Of a stretch of 64,000 nucleotides of DNA, positions 50,099 to 61,252 are shown in pieces. Below the pieces are notes generated by a model. The model worked only from the letters and a program-made list of their open reading frames with translations. It ran no database searches and was not told the DNA's origin. Position 1 is the first letter of the stretch, and each line of letters starts with the position of its first letter. The stretch lies in the NCBI GenBank assembly GCA_963760605.1, contig CAVXFA010000054.1, positions 23,380 to 87,379 of the forward strand, in the 5' to 3' direction. The stretch is from an uncultured delta proteobacterium (GTDB taxonomy: Bacteria > Desulfobacterota > SM23-61). Both the position numbers and the translations under genes were made by a program.

Positions 50099-51574
50099 AT
50101 GAAAGAATACGGATTATACATCAACGGAGGATGGATCAAATCTGATAGTGGAAAAGCTTTCCCGACGACAAATCCGGCAACAGGAGAAACTCTGGCCACA
50201 TTCCAGGTGGGGACACAGAAAGACGTGCTCAAAGCGATCGAGGCGGCCGAAAAAGCCTTTCCCCGGTGGAAGAAGTTCCCGCCGCCCAAGAGAGGGGAAA
50301 TTCTGCTGAAAGCTGCAGCGATCATGCGGGCGAGAAAGGATGAACTCGGGAAATTGGTGACCCAGGAGATGGGCAAGGTTATCGCCGAAGGAAAAGGCGA
50401 TGGGCAAGAGGCCATCGATTTCCTCGAGTATATTTCAGGAGAAGGAAGGAGGCTGTTAGGAGAAACAACCCCTTCTGAATTGCCAAATAAAGTATGCCTT
50501 ACCCTAAAGCAACCCATCGGCGTCGTGGGCTGTATTACTCCCTGGAATTTCCCCATGGCCGTCCCGTGCTGGAAATTGGGTGCCGCCTTGATCACCGGGA
50601 ACACCATTGTCTACAAACCTGCCACGTTGACGCCTCTTTGCGCCGCCACGCTGGCAGAAATCCTCGAGCAGGCCGGGCTTCCTGCCGGCGTCTTGAACAT
50701 GGTGACCGGACCTGCCGAGGTTGTGGGGGATGCCATCGTCCAACATCCCAGCATTCGGGCAGTCTCATTCACGGGCAGTGTGGCTGCCGGAAAAGATATT
50801 TATTCAAAGGCCGCAAGAATGCTAAAAAGAGTGGGGCTGGAATTGGGGGGCAAGAACCCGCAAATCGTCATGGACGATGCTCGAATGGACCTGGCCCTTG
50901 AAGGAGTTCTGTTTGGGGCTTTTGGGACTGCCGGACAGCGATGCACCGCTACCAGCCGATTAATCGCGCACGAAAAGGTGTACGATGAACTGCTGGAAAA
51001 GTTATTAGTCAGAACCAAGGGGCTCAAGGTCGGGAATCCCCTGGATCCGGCCGTGGACGTTGGCCCGGTCGCCAGCGCCGAACAGGAAAATAAAGTGTTG
51101 AAATACATTCAAATCGGGCTCGAAGAGGGAGCGAAAATACTCTGCGGCGGCAGGAAACAGGCCGGCGTCCAGTACGATAAGGGTTTTTTCATCGAGCCCA
51201 CCATCTTTGAAGCCAGGCATGGAATGAGAATCACGAAGGAAGAAATCTTCGGCCCCGTGCTGTCGGTGATGAAGGTTCGAAGCTACGAAGAGGCCGTGAA
51301 AGTTGCCAATGATGTAGAGTATGGTCTTTCATCGTCCATCTATACCTCTAACGTCAACACCGCTTTCCGAGCTATGGAGGACCTGGAGGCTGGCGTAACG
51401 TATATCAACGCCCCCACGATTGGAGCGGAAGTTCATCTCCCCTTCGGAGGGGTGAAGAATACTGGAAATGGCGCTCGGGAAGCAGGAACAGAAGCCATCC
51501 ATGAGTTTACAGAGATCAAATCCGTTTTCATCGATTTTAGCGGTAAATTGCAAAAGGCCCAGATAACTGAATAA
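50099..51574 (+). CDS. Aldehyde dehydrogenase
   Basis: ITPWNFP, FTGS, ELGGKNP, GQRCTA, EEIFGP. Confidence 0.93.
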   Translation: MKEYGLYINGGWIKSDSGKAFPTTNPATGETLATFQVGTQKDVLKAIEAAEKAFPRWKKFPPPKRGEILLKAAAIMRARKDELGKLVTQEMGKVIAEGKGDGQEAIDFLEYISGEGRRLLGETTPSELPNKVCLTLKQPIGVVGCITPWNFPMAVPCWKLGAALITGNTIVYKPATLTPLCAATLAEILEQAGLPAGVLNMVTGPAEVVGDAIVQHPSIRAVSFTGSVAAGKDIYSKAARMLKRVGLELGGKNPQIVMDDARMDLALEGVLFGAFGTAGQRCTATSRLIAHEKVYDELLEKLLVRTKGLKVGNPLDPAVDVGPVASAEQENKVLKYIQIGLEEGAKILCGGRKQAGVQYDKGFFIEPTIFEARHGMRITKEEIFGPVLSVMKVRSYEEAVKVANDVEYGLSSSIYTSNVNTAFRAMEDLEAGVTYINAPTIGAEVHLPFGGVKNTGNGAREAGTEAIHEFTEIKSVFIDFSGKLQKAQITE

Positions 51575-51652
51575 AGCGCAAGGCGCCAGGCGAGCGGGTA
51601 AGGGGGTCAAATCTTCGGGAAAGAGGACATCATAGGAGACCTGAAAAAAGAC

Positions 51653-51681
51653 TTGCAAATGGGAGGCCGGAACTTTATAAT
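51653..51681 (+). promoter_or_regulatory. sigma70-type promoter of the metal-efflux operon
   Basis: TTGCAA-N17-TATAAT. Confidence 0.6.
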
Positions 51682-51734
51682 AGTTTTTATTAAGAGGGAA
51701 TGAACGAAATTCTTTCGGGTAATCGTTCAGGCTT

Positions 51735-52118
51735 ATGAAGATAGGCCAATCGAAATATCGCCATTTGACCACGGTAGTGATTTTACTGCCTTTTTTTGCT
51801 GCTCCTTTCCTCGACAGTATGGTCTGTGACGATTTTGCCAGGGGTTCACCCTGCCCGGGTGGGGGCATCGAGATCCCATGTGAACATTTTCTGGGAGGAA
51901 ATGGAACCAGATCGGAAAACGATGCCCAACCAAGTCACCCGTCCTCTTCGGACCACGGGAGCGTTCACCATTTCTGCCCCATATGCTTCACGATTGCTAC
52001 ATCCACCTGTTCCAATGATATCGGGATTCCTCGCACAGTCATCCTATTCAAGCTTCCGCCCCTTCGCATAGCCTTCTCCCAGATCTATTCTTCTATCTAC
52101 AAGCCACCGCAGAATTAG
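51735..52118 (+). CDS. Small His/Cys-rich protein (DUF2946/CzcI-like) heading the czc operon
   Basis: Signal-like N-terminus, HHFCPIC, C-terminal IYKPP. Confidence 0.6.
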   Translation: MKIGQSKYRHLTTVVILLPFFAAPFLDSMVCDDFARGSPCPGGGIEIPCEHFLGGNGTRSENDAQPSHPSSSDHGSVHHFCPICFTIATSTCSNDIGIPRTVILFKLPPLRIAFSQIYSSIYKPPQN

Positions 52119-52215
52119 AATCTGGTCTCCATCCATTCACGAGATCGTTTCTTGCCGCTTTGAAAGCTCCTCAAGGAAATTGGAGCATAACCAGGTCGTG
52201 AGACGAGGTAGAACC

Positions 52216-53520
52216 ATGAAGAATCTGATTCTGTCTTTAATCTTTTTTTTGAGTGCGTTTATGGGGGACAACATTTCATGCCCAGCAAATTCCGCAGCCC
52301 AGGAACCAAGACCGAAGCCTTCTCCCGGTCTGACCCTGGCCGAGGCGATTGCCCAGGCCCTGAGCCAAAACCGTGACCTCCCCGTTGCTCGCGAAGAGGC
52401 GGCGATCACTCGCGGCCGACTCGAGCAGGCCCGCCGTTATCCCTTTAATCCTGAAATGGTTTTCGAAGGGGAAGCCGGCTACGGCAAAGGGCGCGAACTT
52501 GGTACTATGGAGGAGCGCCGAGGTGTCGCGGGGGCGCGTATTGGTCTCTCTCAGGTGCTGGAGATCCGTGGGCAGCGCGGCCTGCGAACCCAGGTGGCCC
52601 AGCGGGATGCGGTCCGGGCCGAATGGGAAGTTTGCGATACGGAGCGGGAGACGATCGCGGATACGATGAAAGCCTTCAGCGACCTGCTCATCGCTCAGGA
52701 GAGACTGCTCCTAACGCGCGAAGTGGCGAACCTTGTGACGCACCTCAAAGAGAACGCGGACGATTTGGCGCGGGCCGGCGCGGTCCCGGAGCTCGATGGC
52801 CTGCGCGCCGATGTGGAGCGGCGGCGGGTGCTGAACCGGCTGACCCTGGAGGAAACCGCGGCCTCTGCGGCAAGACGCACGCTGGCATTGCTTATGGGTG
52901 CTGAACCGGCAGTCCCCCTGAAAGTTACGGGTCCGCTCCTCTTTGAGCCGGCGCCGGGGAAACCGGAGGATCTACTCAACTTCGCCCGAGCCAACCGTCC
53001 AGACCTGAAGGCGGCGGAAGCCGCCCTGGACAGCGCCGTTGCCTCCCGGAGTCTCATCTTTGCCGAACGCCTCTTCCCGACCCTTACCCTCTCGGCTTTC
53101 TATAGTGAGACGGAGGAGTTCGATGCCTATAACCGCCGCGGCATTCTCGGAATCTCCGCGCCTCTGCCGATTTTCAACCGTCGCGAGGGGGATGTGAGCG
53201 CTGCCGGGGCGGTAATTCGTAAACAGGAGGCCCAGCGGGCCCGTCTCTTCGCGCGGATTGAAAAAGAGGTCGCCACGGCTGCCGAGCAGTTTGCGGCGGC
53301 CCGGCGGGTGGTGGAGGAATACGTGGCCCGGATCATACCGGCCCAGGAGGAGAATGTAAAGATCATTAGTGAGGGATACCGTCTGGGCGAGTTCCGATTG
53401 ACCGATGCGCTCCTGGCGGAACGGGACCTTTTTGAGACGAGGAGCACCTATCTCGAGGCGATCTCCACTTACAACTCGGCACTGGCGGAGATCTATCGAT
53501 CGACGGGGATGAGGCCATGA
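52216..53520 (+). CDS. czcC: TolC-family outer membrane efflux protein
   Basis: LTLAEAIAQAL..N, RPDL, PLPIFNR, GYRLGE. Confidence 0.85.
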   Translation: MKNLILSLIFFLSAFMGDNISCPANSAAQEPRPKPSPGLTLAEAIAQALSQNRDLPVAREEAAITRGRLEQARRYPFNPEMVFEGEAGYGKGRELGTMEERRGVAGARIGLSQVLEIRGQRGLRTQVAQRDAVRAEWEVCDTERETIADTMKAFSDLLIAQERLLLTREVANLVTHLKENADDLARAGAVPELDGLRADVERRRVLNRLTLEETAASAARRTLALLMGAEPAVPLKVTGPLLFEPAPGKPEDLLNFARANRPDLKAAEAALDSAVASRSLIFAERLFPTLTLSAFYSETEEFDAYNRRGILGISAPLPIFNRREGDVSAAGAVIRKQEAQRARLFARIEKEVATAAEQFAAARRVVEEYVARIIPAQEENVKIISEGYRLGEFRLTDALLAERDLFETRSTYLEAISTYNSALAEIYRSTGMRP

Positions 53521-54974
53521 ATACCGGGGAAAGATGGAAATGGATTGCGGCTGTGGTCTTGGTCGGCCTCCTGGGGATAGGGGGTGGGCTGTTCCTGGCC
53601 TCCTCCCGCCCCGGCCGCGCGCTGCCGGTGGAAGAGAAGAAGGAGGCAGACCGGAAGGAAAAGGGGGCCATCAAGCTCCCTGAGGAGCAAAGAGCGAGTC
53701 TGGGTTTGAAAATCGGACCGGTCGCGCTGCGCGCTCCGGAAGACTGCCTTTCTGTGACGGGAAAGATTGCGACGAACCCGGACCGGACAGTCGTGATCAG
53801 TCCCCGAATATCCGGCCGGGTCGTGAAGGTTATGGCCCGCCTCGGCGATACGGTGAACGCCGGGACCCCGATGGCGCTTCTGGACAGCCTTGAAGCCACG
53901 GAAGCGCTGGCCGAGCTGGCCCAGGGTGAATCCAGCCTCGCCTTGGCTCGGGCCAGGGCCGAAAAAGAGAGAGAGCTCTATGATGCCAAGCTCAGGGTCT
54001 TGGAGGCCGTGCAGCGGCAGGAGAGCGCTGCCGGCGCCGAAAAGGCCCTCGCTGCGGTCGAGCTGGGAAGGCCGAAACAGGAATATATCAGCGCTCTGGC
54101 CAGGCTGGAGCTCAGCCGCGCCAACTACGAAAGGCAGAAGCTCCTTTTGGAGAAGAAGATCGGTGCCCGCAAGGATTTGATCGAGACGGAGAAGGCCTTC
54201 ATCGGCGCCCGGTCGGAGGTTGATGCCGTTGCGGAAGTCATCCGTATTTCCGCCCGCCAGGAGCTTCTTTCCGCTGAGACGGCCCTCCAGCAGGCCCAGT
54301 CCCAGCGGGACAAGGCCCGGGAAAAGGTCCGCCTCCTCGGGCTTGGCAAAGAGTCCGAGGAAAACCCGGCGAAACAAACCGCCCCGCAGGGCCTGGAGAT
54401 ACCCCTGGTGGCGCCCTTCCGGGGCACGGTCATTGAGCGTCAGGTCACCGAAGGCCAGGTTCTGGAAAGGGGGTTCGCCGCCTTCCGCCTGACCGATCTC
54501 ACTACCCTCTGGGTCCTCTTGGATGTGCCGGAGACCGAGGTGGCCAAGCTTCGCATCGGCCAGGAAGCAACCATCGAAACAAACGACGAGACGCCCCTCC
54601 GCAAGAAAGGGCGGGTGGCTTATATCGGAGAGGTTGTAGAAGACCAGAGCCGTACAGTTAAGGTCCGGGTTGAGCTTTCCAATCCGGGGCGGCAATTCAA
54701 GCCCGGCATGTTCGTGACCGCTCGCATCACTACGGGACGCCAGGGCCAGCCGGTCATCATGGTCCCCTCCAGCGCCCTTTTCCTCATGGATGAGGGGGCG
54801 GTCGTCTTCGTGGAAGAAAAAGAGGGATTTCAGCCCCGCTTCGTGGAAGTCGGGCCGCAGGCCGGTGGCTGGACCGCCATCCGCCACGGTTTGACGGCGG
54901 GCGAGCGGATCGTGCATGAAGGAGGCTTCGCTCTCAAGGCTCAGATCTTGAAGAGCAGGCTCGGAGAAGAATAG
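53517..54974 (+). CDS. czcB: RND periplasmic adaptor
   Basis: N-terminal TM, long coiled coil, APFRGTV, KPGMFV. Confidence 0.85.
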   Translation: MNTGERWKWIAAVVLVGLLGIGGGLFLASSRPGRALPVEEKKEADRKEKGAIKLPEEQRASLGLKIGPVALRAPEDCLSVTGKIATNPDRTVVISPRISGRVVKVMARLGDTVNAGTPMALLDSLEATEALAELAQGESSLALARARAEKERELYDAKLRVLEAVQRQESAAGAEKALAAVELGRPKQEYISALARLELSRANYERQKLLLEKKIGARKDLIETEKAFIGARSEVDAVAEVIRISARQELLSAETALQQAQSQRDKAREKVRLLGLGKESEENPAKQTAPQGLEIPLVAPFRGTVIERQVTEGQVLERGFAAFRLTDLTTLWVLLDVPETEVAKLRIGQEATIETNDETPLRKKGRVAYIGEVVEDQSRTVKVRVELSNPGRQFKPGMFVTARITTGRQGQPVIMVPSSALFLMDEGAVVFVEEKEGFQPRFVEVGPQAGGWTAIRHGLTAGERIVHEGGFALKAQILKSRLGEE

Positions 54975-54975
54975 A

Positions 54976-57900
54976 ATGCTGATCAGAATTGTCGAGGCTT
55001 CCCTGTCCTACAAATACATCGTTCTCTTAGGCGCCGCGCTCCTGGCCATTTTAGGGGTGCGCGCCCTCACCCAGATCCCCATCGACGCATTCCCGGACAT
55101 ATCCCCCGTCCAGGTCACCGTCATTACCGAATCCCCCGGCCTCTCGCCGGACGAGGTGGAGAAGCTCATCACCATCCCGGTTGAATCAGCCATGGCCGGC
55201 CTGCCCAAGGTCGAACTGATCCGGTCGATGACCATGTTCGGCCTTTCCAACGTCACCCTCTACTTTAGGGACGGAACGGACATCTACTTCGCTCGGCGGC
55301 TCGTCTTGGAACGCCTCGGAGAGGCAAAGGAACGGATCCCCAAGGGCTTCGGCGACCCGCAGATGGGGCCAAATTCGACGGGCTTAGGGGAGGTCTTTCA
55401 ATATTACCTCAAGGCCAAGGACAACCAGTACTCCCTGCGGGACCTGCGTTCCCAACAGGACTGGACGGTCCGCCTCCTGCTTCGCACCGTGCCCGGGGTG
55501 GATGATGTTCTATCCTTCGGGGGGGAAGAACGGCAATACCAGGTGTTGATCCGCCCGGAGAAGCTGGTCAAATACGCCCTTACCCTGTCCGAGGTCCTGA
55601 CCCGGGTGGCGGCGGGGAACCGCGGCGTGGGGGGCCAGTTTCTGGTCCAGAACCGGGAGGAGCATCTGATCCGCGGGCGCGGCTGGGCGCGGTCCGAGGA
55701 AGACCTGCAGAGGATCGTGCTGAAGGCGGAAAGGGGCGTTCCCGTCTACCTTCGCGATGTGGCCGATGTGGTCCAGGGGGCGGCTCCCCGGCGCGGTGTC
55801 GTTACCCGCAACGGAGAAGAAGTGGTCACTGGGATCGTCCTCATGCGCACCGGCGAGAATACCCGGGAGGTGATCGATAACATCAAAGCCCGGGATCGGG
55901 TCATCCAGCAGGCTCTCCCCTCGAACGTCAGCCTGGAGTCGTTCTATGACCAGACCGATCTGGTGGACAAAGCCGTAGGAACGGTCGGCTGGGCCCTCTT
56001 TGAAGGGGGCGCTCTGGTCATCGTGGTCTTGTTCCTTTTTATGGGGGAAGTGCGCACGGCAATCGTAGTCGTCTCCGCCGTACCCTTCTCCATGCTGATC
56101 TCCTTTCTCCTCATGGAACTGTTCGGGGTTTCGGCCAACCTGATGTCCTTGGGCGGCCTGACCATCGCCATCGGGATGATCGTGGACGGGGCCGTGGTGA
56201 TGGTGGAAAACAGCTTCCGTATCCTCTGCCTCCGCCGCCGGGAAGGCCACAGTCGCGAGTCCCTCATTCTGGAGGCCGCAAAGGAGGTGGCGAACCCGAT
56301 CACCTTCGCCCTGCTGATCAACATCATAGCCCTTCTGCCGATCTTCGCCCTGAGCGGCCTGGAAGGGAAGCTCTTCCGCCCCATGGTCTGGGCCAAAAGC
56401 TTCGGTATGTTTTCCGCCCTGATCTTTTCGCTGACGGCCATCCCGGCCCTGTCGAGCTTGCTGCTGCGAGCCCGGGAAAAGCACGAAAGTTTTTTCTTCC
56501 GCCGGATTCAATCCATCTATCAACCTGCCCTCGAATGGTCCCTCAGCCGCCGGAAAATGGTGGCCGGCGCAGCGGTTGTTCTGCTGTTGGCAAGCCTGGC
56601 GGTTTTTTCCCTCATGGGCACCGAGTTCGTCCCCGCCCTGGAGGAAGGTTCGATCCAGATCCGGATCACCAACATCCCCAGCTCCTCCCTTGAGGAAACC
56701 GTCCGGGTGGCCAGGCTCAGTGAGCAGATCCTCCTGCAATTCCCCGAGGTATCCTTCGTGGTTTCCAAGAACGGACGGACGGAGAAGAGCTGCGCAGAGG
56801 ATGTGTACAACACGGAGAGTTATGTGGCCCTCAAATCTATGTCGGCTTGGCGGAAGGGATTGACCAAGGCGAAGCTCGTGGATGAGATGCGCCATGCCCT
56901 GGACCAGGCGGTTCCCACCGTCCTCTTCAGTTTCGGCCAGCCCATTCAGATGCGGGTCGACGAATTGATCTCCGGGACACGGGCCGCGCTGGCGGTCAAG
57001 ATATATGGAGAGGATTTGAACGTTCTTTCCCGACTGGCTGCAGAAGCCAAGGATGTTTTGGCCAAGGTGAGGGGGGCCGAGGATGTCCAGATGGAGAGCT
57101 TGCTGGGCAAACCGACGATGACGATCCAGGTGGACCGGGAAGCGGCGGCTCGCTTTGGGCTGAATCCAGACGACGTCCTCGAGGTTGTCCATGCCGGGAT
57201 CGGCGGGGAAGCGGTCAGCACCCTCATCGACGGGCCCCGCCGCTTTGAGATCGTCGTCCGGTTCCATGAGAGCGCGAGGCGAAACATCGATGAGATCATG
57301 CGTATCCCTCTGCGCACGCCGGAAGGTACGCTGATCCCCCTTTCCCGGGTCGCGGAAGCGACAGTCTCAACGGGGGTAGCCAGGATCTGGCGAGAGAACC
57401 TGGCACGCCTCATCATAGTCCACTCGAACGTGGAGGGCCGGGACCTGGGGAGTTTCGTGGCCGACGCGCAGAGGAAGATCACCGGAACTGTGAAATTCCC
57501 CCCTGGGTATTACATGGACTGGGGAGGACAGTTCGAAAATCAGCGGCGGGCCATGCACACGCTCTCAATCATTATTCCTTTAACGGTGATCCTGATCTTG
57601 GCCCTTCTGTATACGGAGTTTAAATCCCTGCGGCATTCCTTCCTCATCCTTACGGGTGTACCCCTTTCGATTATCGGAGGCCTCTTTGCCCTGTTCTTCT
57701 CCGGACAGAACCTGTCCGTGCCGGCCGCAGTGGGGTTCCTCGCCGTATTTGGGGTGGCCATGCTGAATGGAGTTGTGCTCGTTGCTTACTTCCGGCAACT
57801 GCAGGGAGAGGGGCGGCCCCTCGATGAAGTGGTGCGCCGGGGCTGCCTGCTTCGCCTCCGGCCGATCCTCATTACCGCCATGGTGGCCATCCTCGGACTG

Positions 57901-58074
57901 TTTCCTCTGCTCCTGGCCCGGGGAGTGGGAGCCGAGGTGCAGCGCCCCCTGGCGACGGTCGTGGTAGGAGGGCTCTTCACCTCCACCCTTCTGACCCTCT
58001 TTGTCCTTCCGGGCCTGTACCTGATTAGCGAAAGTTTTGTTCAGAACCGCGAGCGGGACCGCAGAAAGGGGTGA
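54976..58074 (+). CDS. czcA: CusA/CzcA heavy-metal efflux RND permease
   Basis: IDAFPDI..VQV, ANLMSLGG, GMIVDGAVVMVEN, GAEVQRPLATVVVGGL. Confidence 0.92.
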   Translation: MLIRIVEASLSYKYIVLLGAALLAILGVRALTQIPIDAFPDISPVQVTVITESPGLSPDEVEKLITIPVESAMAGLPKVELIRSMTMFGLSNVTLYFRDGTDIYFARRLVLERLGEAKERIPKGFGDPQMGPNSTGLGEVFQYYLKAKDNQYSLRDLRSQQDWTVRLLLRTVPGVDDVLSFGGEERQYQVLIRPEKLVKYALTLSEVLTRVAAGNRGVGGQFLVQNREEHLIRGRGWARSEEDLQRIVLKAERGVPVYLRDVADVVQGAAPRRGVVTRNGEEVVTGIVLMRTGENTREVIDNIKARDRVIQQALPSNVSLESFYDQTDLVDKAVGTVGWALFEGGALVIVVLFLFMGEVRTAIVVVSAVPFSMLISFLLMELFGVSANLMSLGGLTIAIGMIVDGAVVMVENSFRILCLRRREGHSRESLILEAAKEVANPITFALLINIIALLPIFALSGLEGKLFRPMVWAKSFGMFSALIFSLTAIPALSSLLLRAREKHESFFFRRIQSIYQPALEWSLSRRKMVAGAAVVLLLASLAVFSLMGTEFVPALEEGSIQIRITNIPSSSLEETVRVARLSEQILLQFPEVSFVVSKNGRTEKSCAEDVYNTESYVALKSMSAWRKGLTKAKLVDEMRHALDQAVPTVLFSFGQPIQMRVDELISGTRAALAVKIYGEDLNVLSRLAAEAKDVLAKVRGAEDVQMESLLGKPTMTIQVDREAAARFGLNPDDVLEVVHAGIGGEAVSTLIDGPRRFEIVVRFHESARRNIDEIMRIPLRTPEGTLIPLSRVAEATVSTGVARIWRENLARLIIVHSNVEGRDLGSFVADAQRKITGTVKFPPGYYMDWGGQFENQRRAMHTLSIIIPLTVILILALLYTEFKSLRHSFLILTGVPLSIIGGLFALFFSGQNLSVPAAVGFLAVFGVAMLNGVVLVAYFRQLQGEGRPLDEVVRRGCLLRLRPILITAMVAILGLFPLLLARGVGAEVQRPLATVVVGGLFTSTLLTLFVLPGLYLISESFVQNRERDRRKG

Positions 58075-58191
58075 TTTCCTTATTCATCCGTCACCGGCGA
58101 AATAAAAGGATCCTGAGATAGGAATGGCCAAATCGCGGGCCCACAGAGCTTGAAGATGTCAGCCCGATTTCTTATAGATGGTTTTGCAGAA

Positions 58192-58938
58192 TTAAACTTG
58201 TATTCTAGAGAAAAAATAACTTCCAACCGTTAAGAAAATTAGGGTAATCATTGTCAATACTGCAAGATCTGTGGCCAATCCAAAGTGTCCCTGATTGATG
58301 AGTAAGGCGCGAAAGGCATCGACCCCATAGGATAGCGGATCAAATTTTGCAATCGTGACAATCATACCTGGCAACCCTTGCAAAGGAAAGAGCGCTCCCG
58401 AAAGAAAGAACATGGGCATCACTAAAAAGTTCATGATCAGCTGAAATCCCTGCATATCCTGAAGGCGAGAAGCGATCGCGGTACCCAACGCAGTAAATAA
58501 GAGGGCCACAAGAGCCATCGTGAGAACGGCTGCCGGAACTAAAGTCCACTGGTAAGGGCGGAAACCCACAATCAGACAAATCAGGAAAACAATAATTCCC
58601 TGAATGACAGCTACGGTTGCACCACCCAACGTTCTACCAATCATAATATATAGACGGGAGACCGGCGCAACTAATGTTTCTTTAAGAAAGCCAAACTGAC
58701 GGTCCCAAATGATTTCCATGCCGGAAAAAAATGCGGTAAAAATAATGCTCATCCCGATAACCCCGGGGGCTAAAAACTCAAGGTAATTACCTTGCCCCGC
58801 TCGCTGGAAGACCGGCCCAAAACCATACCCTAGAGACAATAAAAACAGTACGGGTTGTCCTAGAGAACCAATGATCCTGGACCTAGATCGAACATAGCGC
58901 TTTAACTGTCGAAGCCATAAAATATACATGGTTTTCAC
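58192..58938 (-). CDS. ABC-2 type exporter permease
   Basis: DRQFGFLKETLVAP, FFLSGALFP. Confidence 0.9.
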   Translation of the reverse strand: MKTMYILWLRQLKRYVRSRSRIIGSLGQPVLFLLSLGYGFGPVFQRAGQGNYLEFLAPGVIGMSIIFTAFFSGMEIIWDRQFGFLKETLVAPVSRLYIMIGRTLGGATVAVIQGIIVFLICLIVGFRPYQWTLVPAAVLTMALVALLFTALGTAIASRLQDMQGFQLIMNFLVMPMFFLSGALFPLQGLPGMIVTIAKFDPLSYGVDAFRALLINQGHFGLATDLAVLTMITLIFLTVGSYFFSRIQV

Positions 58939-58941
58939 GGG

Positions 58942-59733
58942 TCATCTCCTTATCAGGCGCCGAATGAGCCGCATTCTATCCAGGGAGCTACCTTCTTCTT
59001 CACGGATGGTTTTCCCCGTAAGTGCCAAAAAAGCGTCTTCTAATGAAAGGGTGCCAGTCTGGGCTTTCAACTCTTGAGGCTCGCCGATGGCAACAATTTT
59101 GCCCTGATCAATAATGGCAATACGCTGAGCAATTCGTTCTGCCTCTTCCATGTTGTGAGTAGTAAAAAACACGGTGATGCCTTCAGATTTATTCAGTTCC
59201 CGCAGATAATTCCAGACATGATTTCTGGTTTGAGGGTCAAGGCCTAGAGTTGGTTCGTCTAAAAATAAAATTTCCGGGTGGTGTAACAGTCCTCGAGCAA
59301 TTTCGAGCCGGCGCTTCATGCCCCCGGAAAATTGTTTAACCAGGCTATTCTTTCGATCCCAGAGGTCCATGTATCTCAGTAACAGCTCAATCCTCTCGCG
59401 ACGAATCTTTTTAGGCAGGCCATAGAGCACACCGTGAAATTCCATATTCTCGTAGGCCGTAAGCTCATCATCTAGACTAGGGTCTTGGAACACAATTCCA
59501 AAAGAACGGCGTACCTTTTCAGGATGACGCCGGGGATTATATCCATTTAGCTCAATTTCTCCGCTAGTCGGCCGAAGGAGGGTGGTGAGCATTTTGATCG
59601 TTGTGGACTTCCCGGCTCCGTTGGGGCCTAAAAATGCAAAAATTTCTCCCCTAGCAACGGTAAAGGAAACGTCATCCACAGCCGTAAAGCCGTCAAATTG
59701 TTTTGTCAAGTTTTTGACTTCAATAATATTCAC
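58942..59733 (-). CDS. ABC exporter ATP-binding protein (DrrA-like)
   Basis: GPNGAGKST, FSGGM, LFLDEPT. Confidence 0.92.
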   Translation of the reverse strand: MNIIEVKNLTKQFDGFTAVDDVSFTVARGEIFAFLGPNGAGKSTTIKMLTTLLRPTSGEIELNGYNPRRHPEKVRRSFGIVFQDPSLDDELTAYENMEFHGVLYGLPKKIRRERIELLLRYMDLWDRKNSLVKQFSGGMKRRLEIARGLLHHPEILFLDEPTLGLDPQTRNHVWNYLRELNKSEGITVFFTTHNMEEAERIAQRIAIIDQGKIVAIGEPQELKAQTGTLSLEDAFLALTGKTIREEEGSSLDRMRLIRRLIRR

Positions 59734-59759
59734 TTTGTTGGGTTGAAAATAGCTTTGCC

Positions 59760-59810
59760 ACCCCCACCCATCCCCTCCCCCCTCGAGGGGGAGGGGATGG
59801 GTGGGGGGGC
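59760..59810. repeat. GC-rich REP-like palindrome
   Basis: CCCCCACCCATCCCCTCCCCC-CTCGA-GGGGGAGGGGATGGGTGGGGG. Confidence 0.7.
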
Positions 59811-59877
59811 ACTTTCCCCGCCTAGGCGGGATTCGCGGGTGACGAACCCGTCATGTAAAATTTGTTTTGCCATATGA

Positions 59878-60948
59878 TCACGGAATAATCAAGGTTTTAA
59901 GCGAACTCTGCCGGCCGACATCCTTGGTTTCATTTTTGAATACCTCGGCAAGGTCATCCAATCGGTAGCGCTTTGAATTCTCAAAGACGACGTCCAAATT
60001 GAAGACCCCCCTCTGGACCGCCCGATACGCCTCACGCATATTTTCTACCGACCGCAGCTTTGTATAATGGACGGCATTGAGATTTCGGACTTCCAGACCG
60101 TCCTCATGGAATTTGTTGAAACAAAATTCCTTGACCGGGATATAGTTATCTCCATAGAATGCCAGAATCCCATTATGCCGGACCATCCCTAGAGCCAGTT
60201 GAATTCCTATGCCGGTTCCTCCTACCGCCTCTGCAGCCACGTCGACCCCTTCCCCATGAGTAATTTCATTTACCTTTTCCACTGGATCTCCCTCGTTGGC
60301 GTCGATCACATAGTCCGCTCCAAGCTTCTTAGCTACATCGAGTTTGCTCGTAACCACGTCCACTGCAATCACCTTGGAGGCCCCGGCTTTGATTACTCCT
60401 TGGAGCATAATGTTGCCGGCAAAGCCCACTCCATTGATAGCGACCACGTCGCCCAATTTTACGCCCATATGGATTGCTGCCCAAGCGGCACATCCCAATG
60501 GTTCATAAAGACACCCGACCTCAAAAGGGACCCCTTGCGGAATTGGCTGTACATGGCTGACATCGATAACCCAGTAATCTGTGAAAGTCGGATAAACGAG
60601 ACTTCCCACACGATCTCCCACGGAAACCTTGCCGCCACCCAGATACTCTTGCACGGCGGATCCTTTTTCGACGATGGTTCCCCCTCCTTCATGGCCTACC
60701 GGTCCCAGCGGGTAGGCATGACGGGGGCGTTCATCTTTTCGCCCTTCACCCAAAGAGGTTCCCGGTCCTCCTCGGGCTTCATCCTGAGGCCTTACGATGA
60801 TCCCACGATAGAAATACCTTTCGGACCCGCAAATGGACGCCTGGTGAGTTTTCACCAACACTTGATTCGGCCCTAGCTCGGGAAGCTGGATTTTCTCAAT
60901 CTTGATTTTCCCAGGTTCAGTGAAATATACGACTCTCGTTTTCTCCAT
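59878..60948 (-). CDS. Zinc-binding (MDR-family) dehydrogenase
   Basis: ICGSE, GHEG, EPLGC, GVGFAG; start MEKTR. Confidence 0.85.
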   Translation of the reverse strand: MEKTRVVYFTEPGKIKIEKIQLPELGPNQVLVKTHQASICGSERYFYRGIIVRPQDEARGGPGTSLGEGRKDERPRHAYPLGPVGHEGGGTIVEKGSAVQEYLGGGKVSVGDRVGSLVYPTFTDYWVIDVSHVQPIPQGVPFEVGCLYEPLGCAAWAAIHMGVKLGDVVAINGVGFAGNIMLQGVIKAGASKVIAVDVVTSKLDVAKKLGADYVIDANEGDPVEKVNEITHGEGVDVAAEAVGGTGIGIQLALGMVRHNGILAFYGDNYIPVKEFCFNKFHEDGLEVRNLNAVHYTKLRSVENMREAYRAVQRGVFNLDVVFENSKRYRLDDLAEVFKNETKDVGRQSSLKTLIIP

Positions 60949-61048
60949 CTCTTCATCTCCTTCGCCCTGATCTCTGAGATAAATATTCTCCCCCTCATCC
61001 CGCCCCTCTCCCCCCAAAAGGAGACTGGGTCGCAACAGGAAAAAAGCC

Positions 61049-61162
61049 CGTCATTCCCGCGGAAGCGGGAATCCAGGTATTGAAATTTGTTAATGCTTTG
61101 AACCAGCTGGATGCCCGCCCTGCACCACACTAGGTACAGGGCCCGCCTTCGCGGGCATGACG
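61049..61162. repeat. Inverted REP pair (CGTCATTCCCGCGGAAGCGGGAATCCAG / CTGGATGCCCGCC..TTCGCGGGCATGACG) with a small nested insertion
   Basis: Direct reading; the right arm is interrupted by 21 nt flanked by GCCCGCC. Confidence 0.7.
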
Positions 61163-61186
61163 AATTACGCCATATCCTCCTAAACC

Positions 61187-61222
61187 AAAAAAAACTGGCG
61201 TTGAGCCTTTACCCAACGCCAG
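61187..61222 (-). terminator. Rho-independent terminator after the cytochrome gene
   Basis: CTGGCGTTG/CAACGCCAG stem plus T8 on the minus strand. Confidence 0.75.
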
Positions 61223-61252
61223 CTGGAGTTTCTGGACTTTAGAATAAATTTA

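Noticed and set aside
53493-57482. Long antisense ORFs (474 aa, 585 aa) opposite czcB/czcA
   Set aside because: Shadow frames of GC-rich genes with no recognisable motifs
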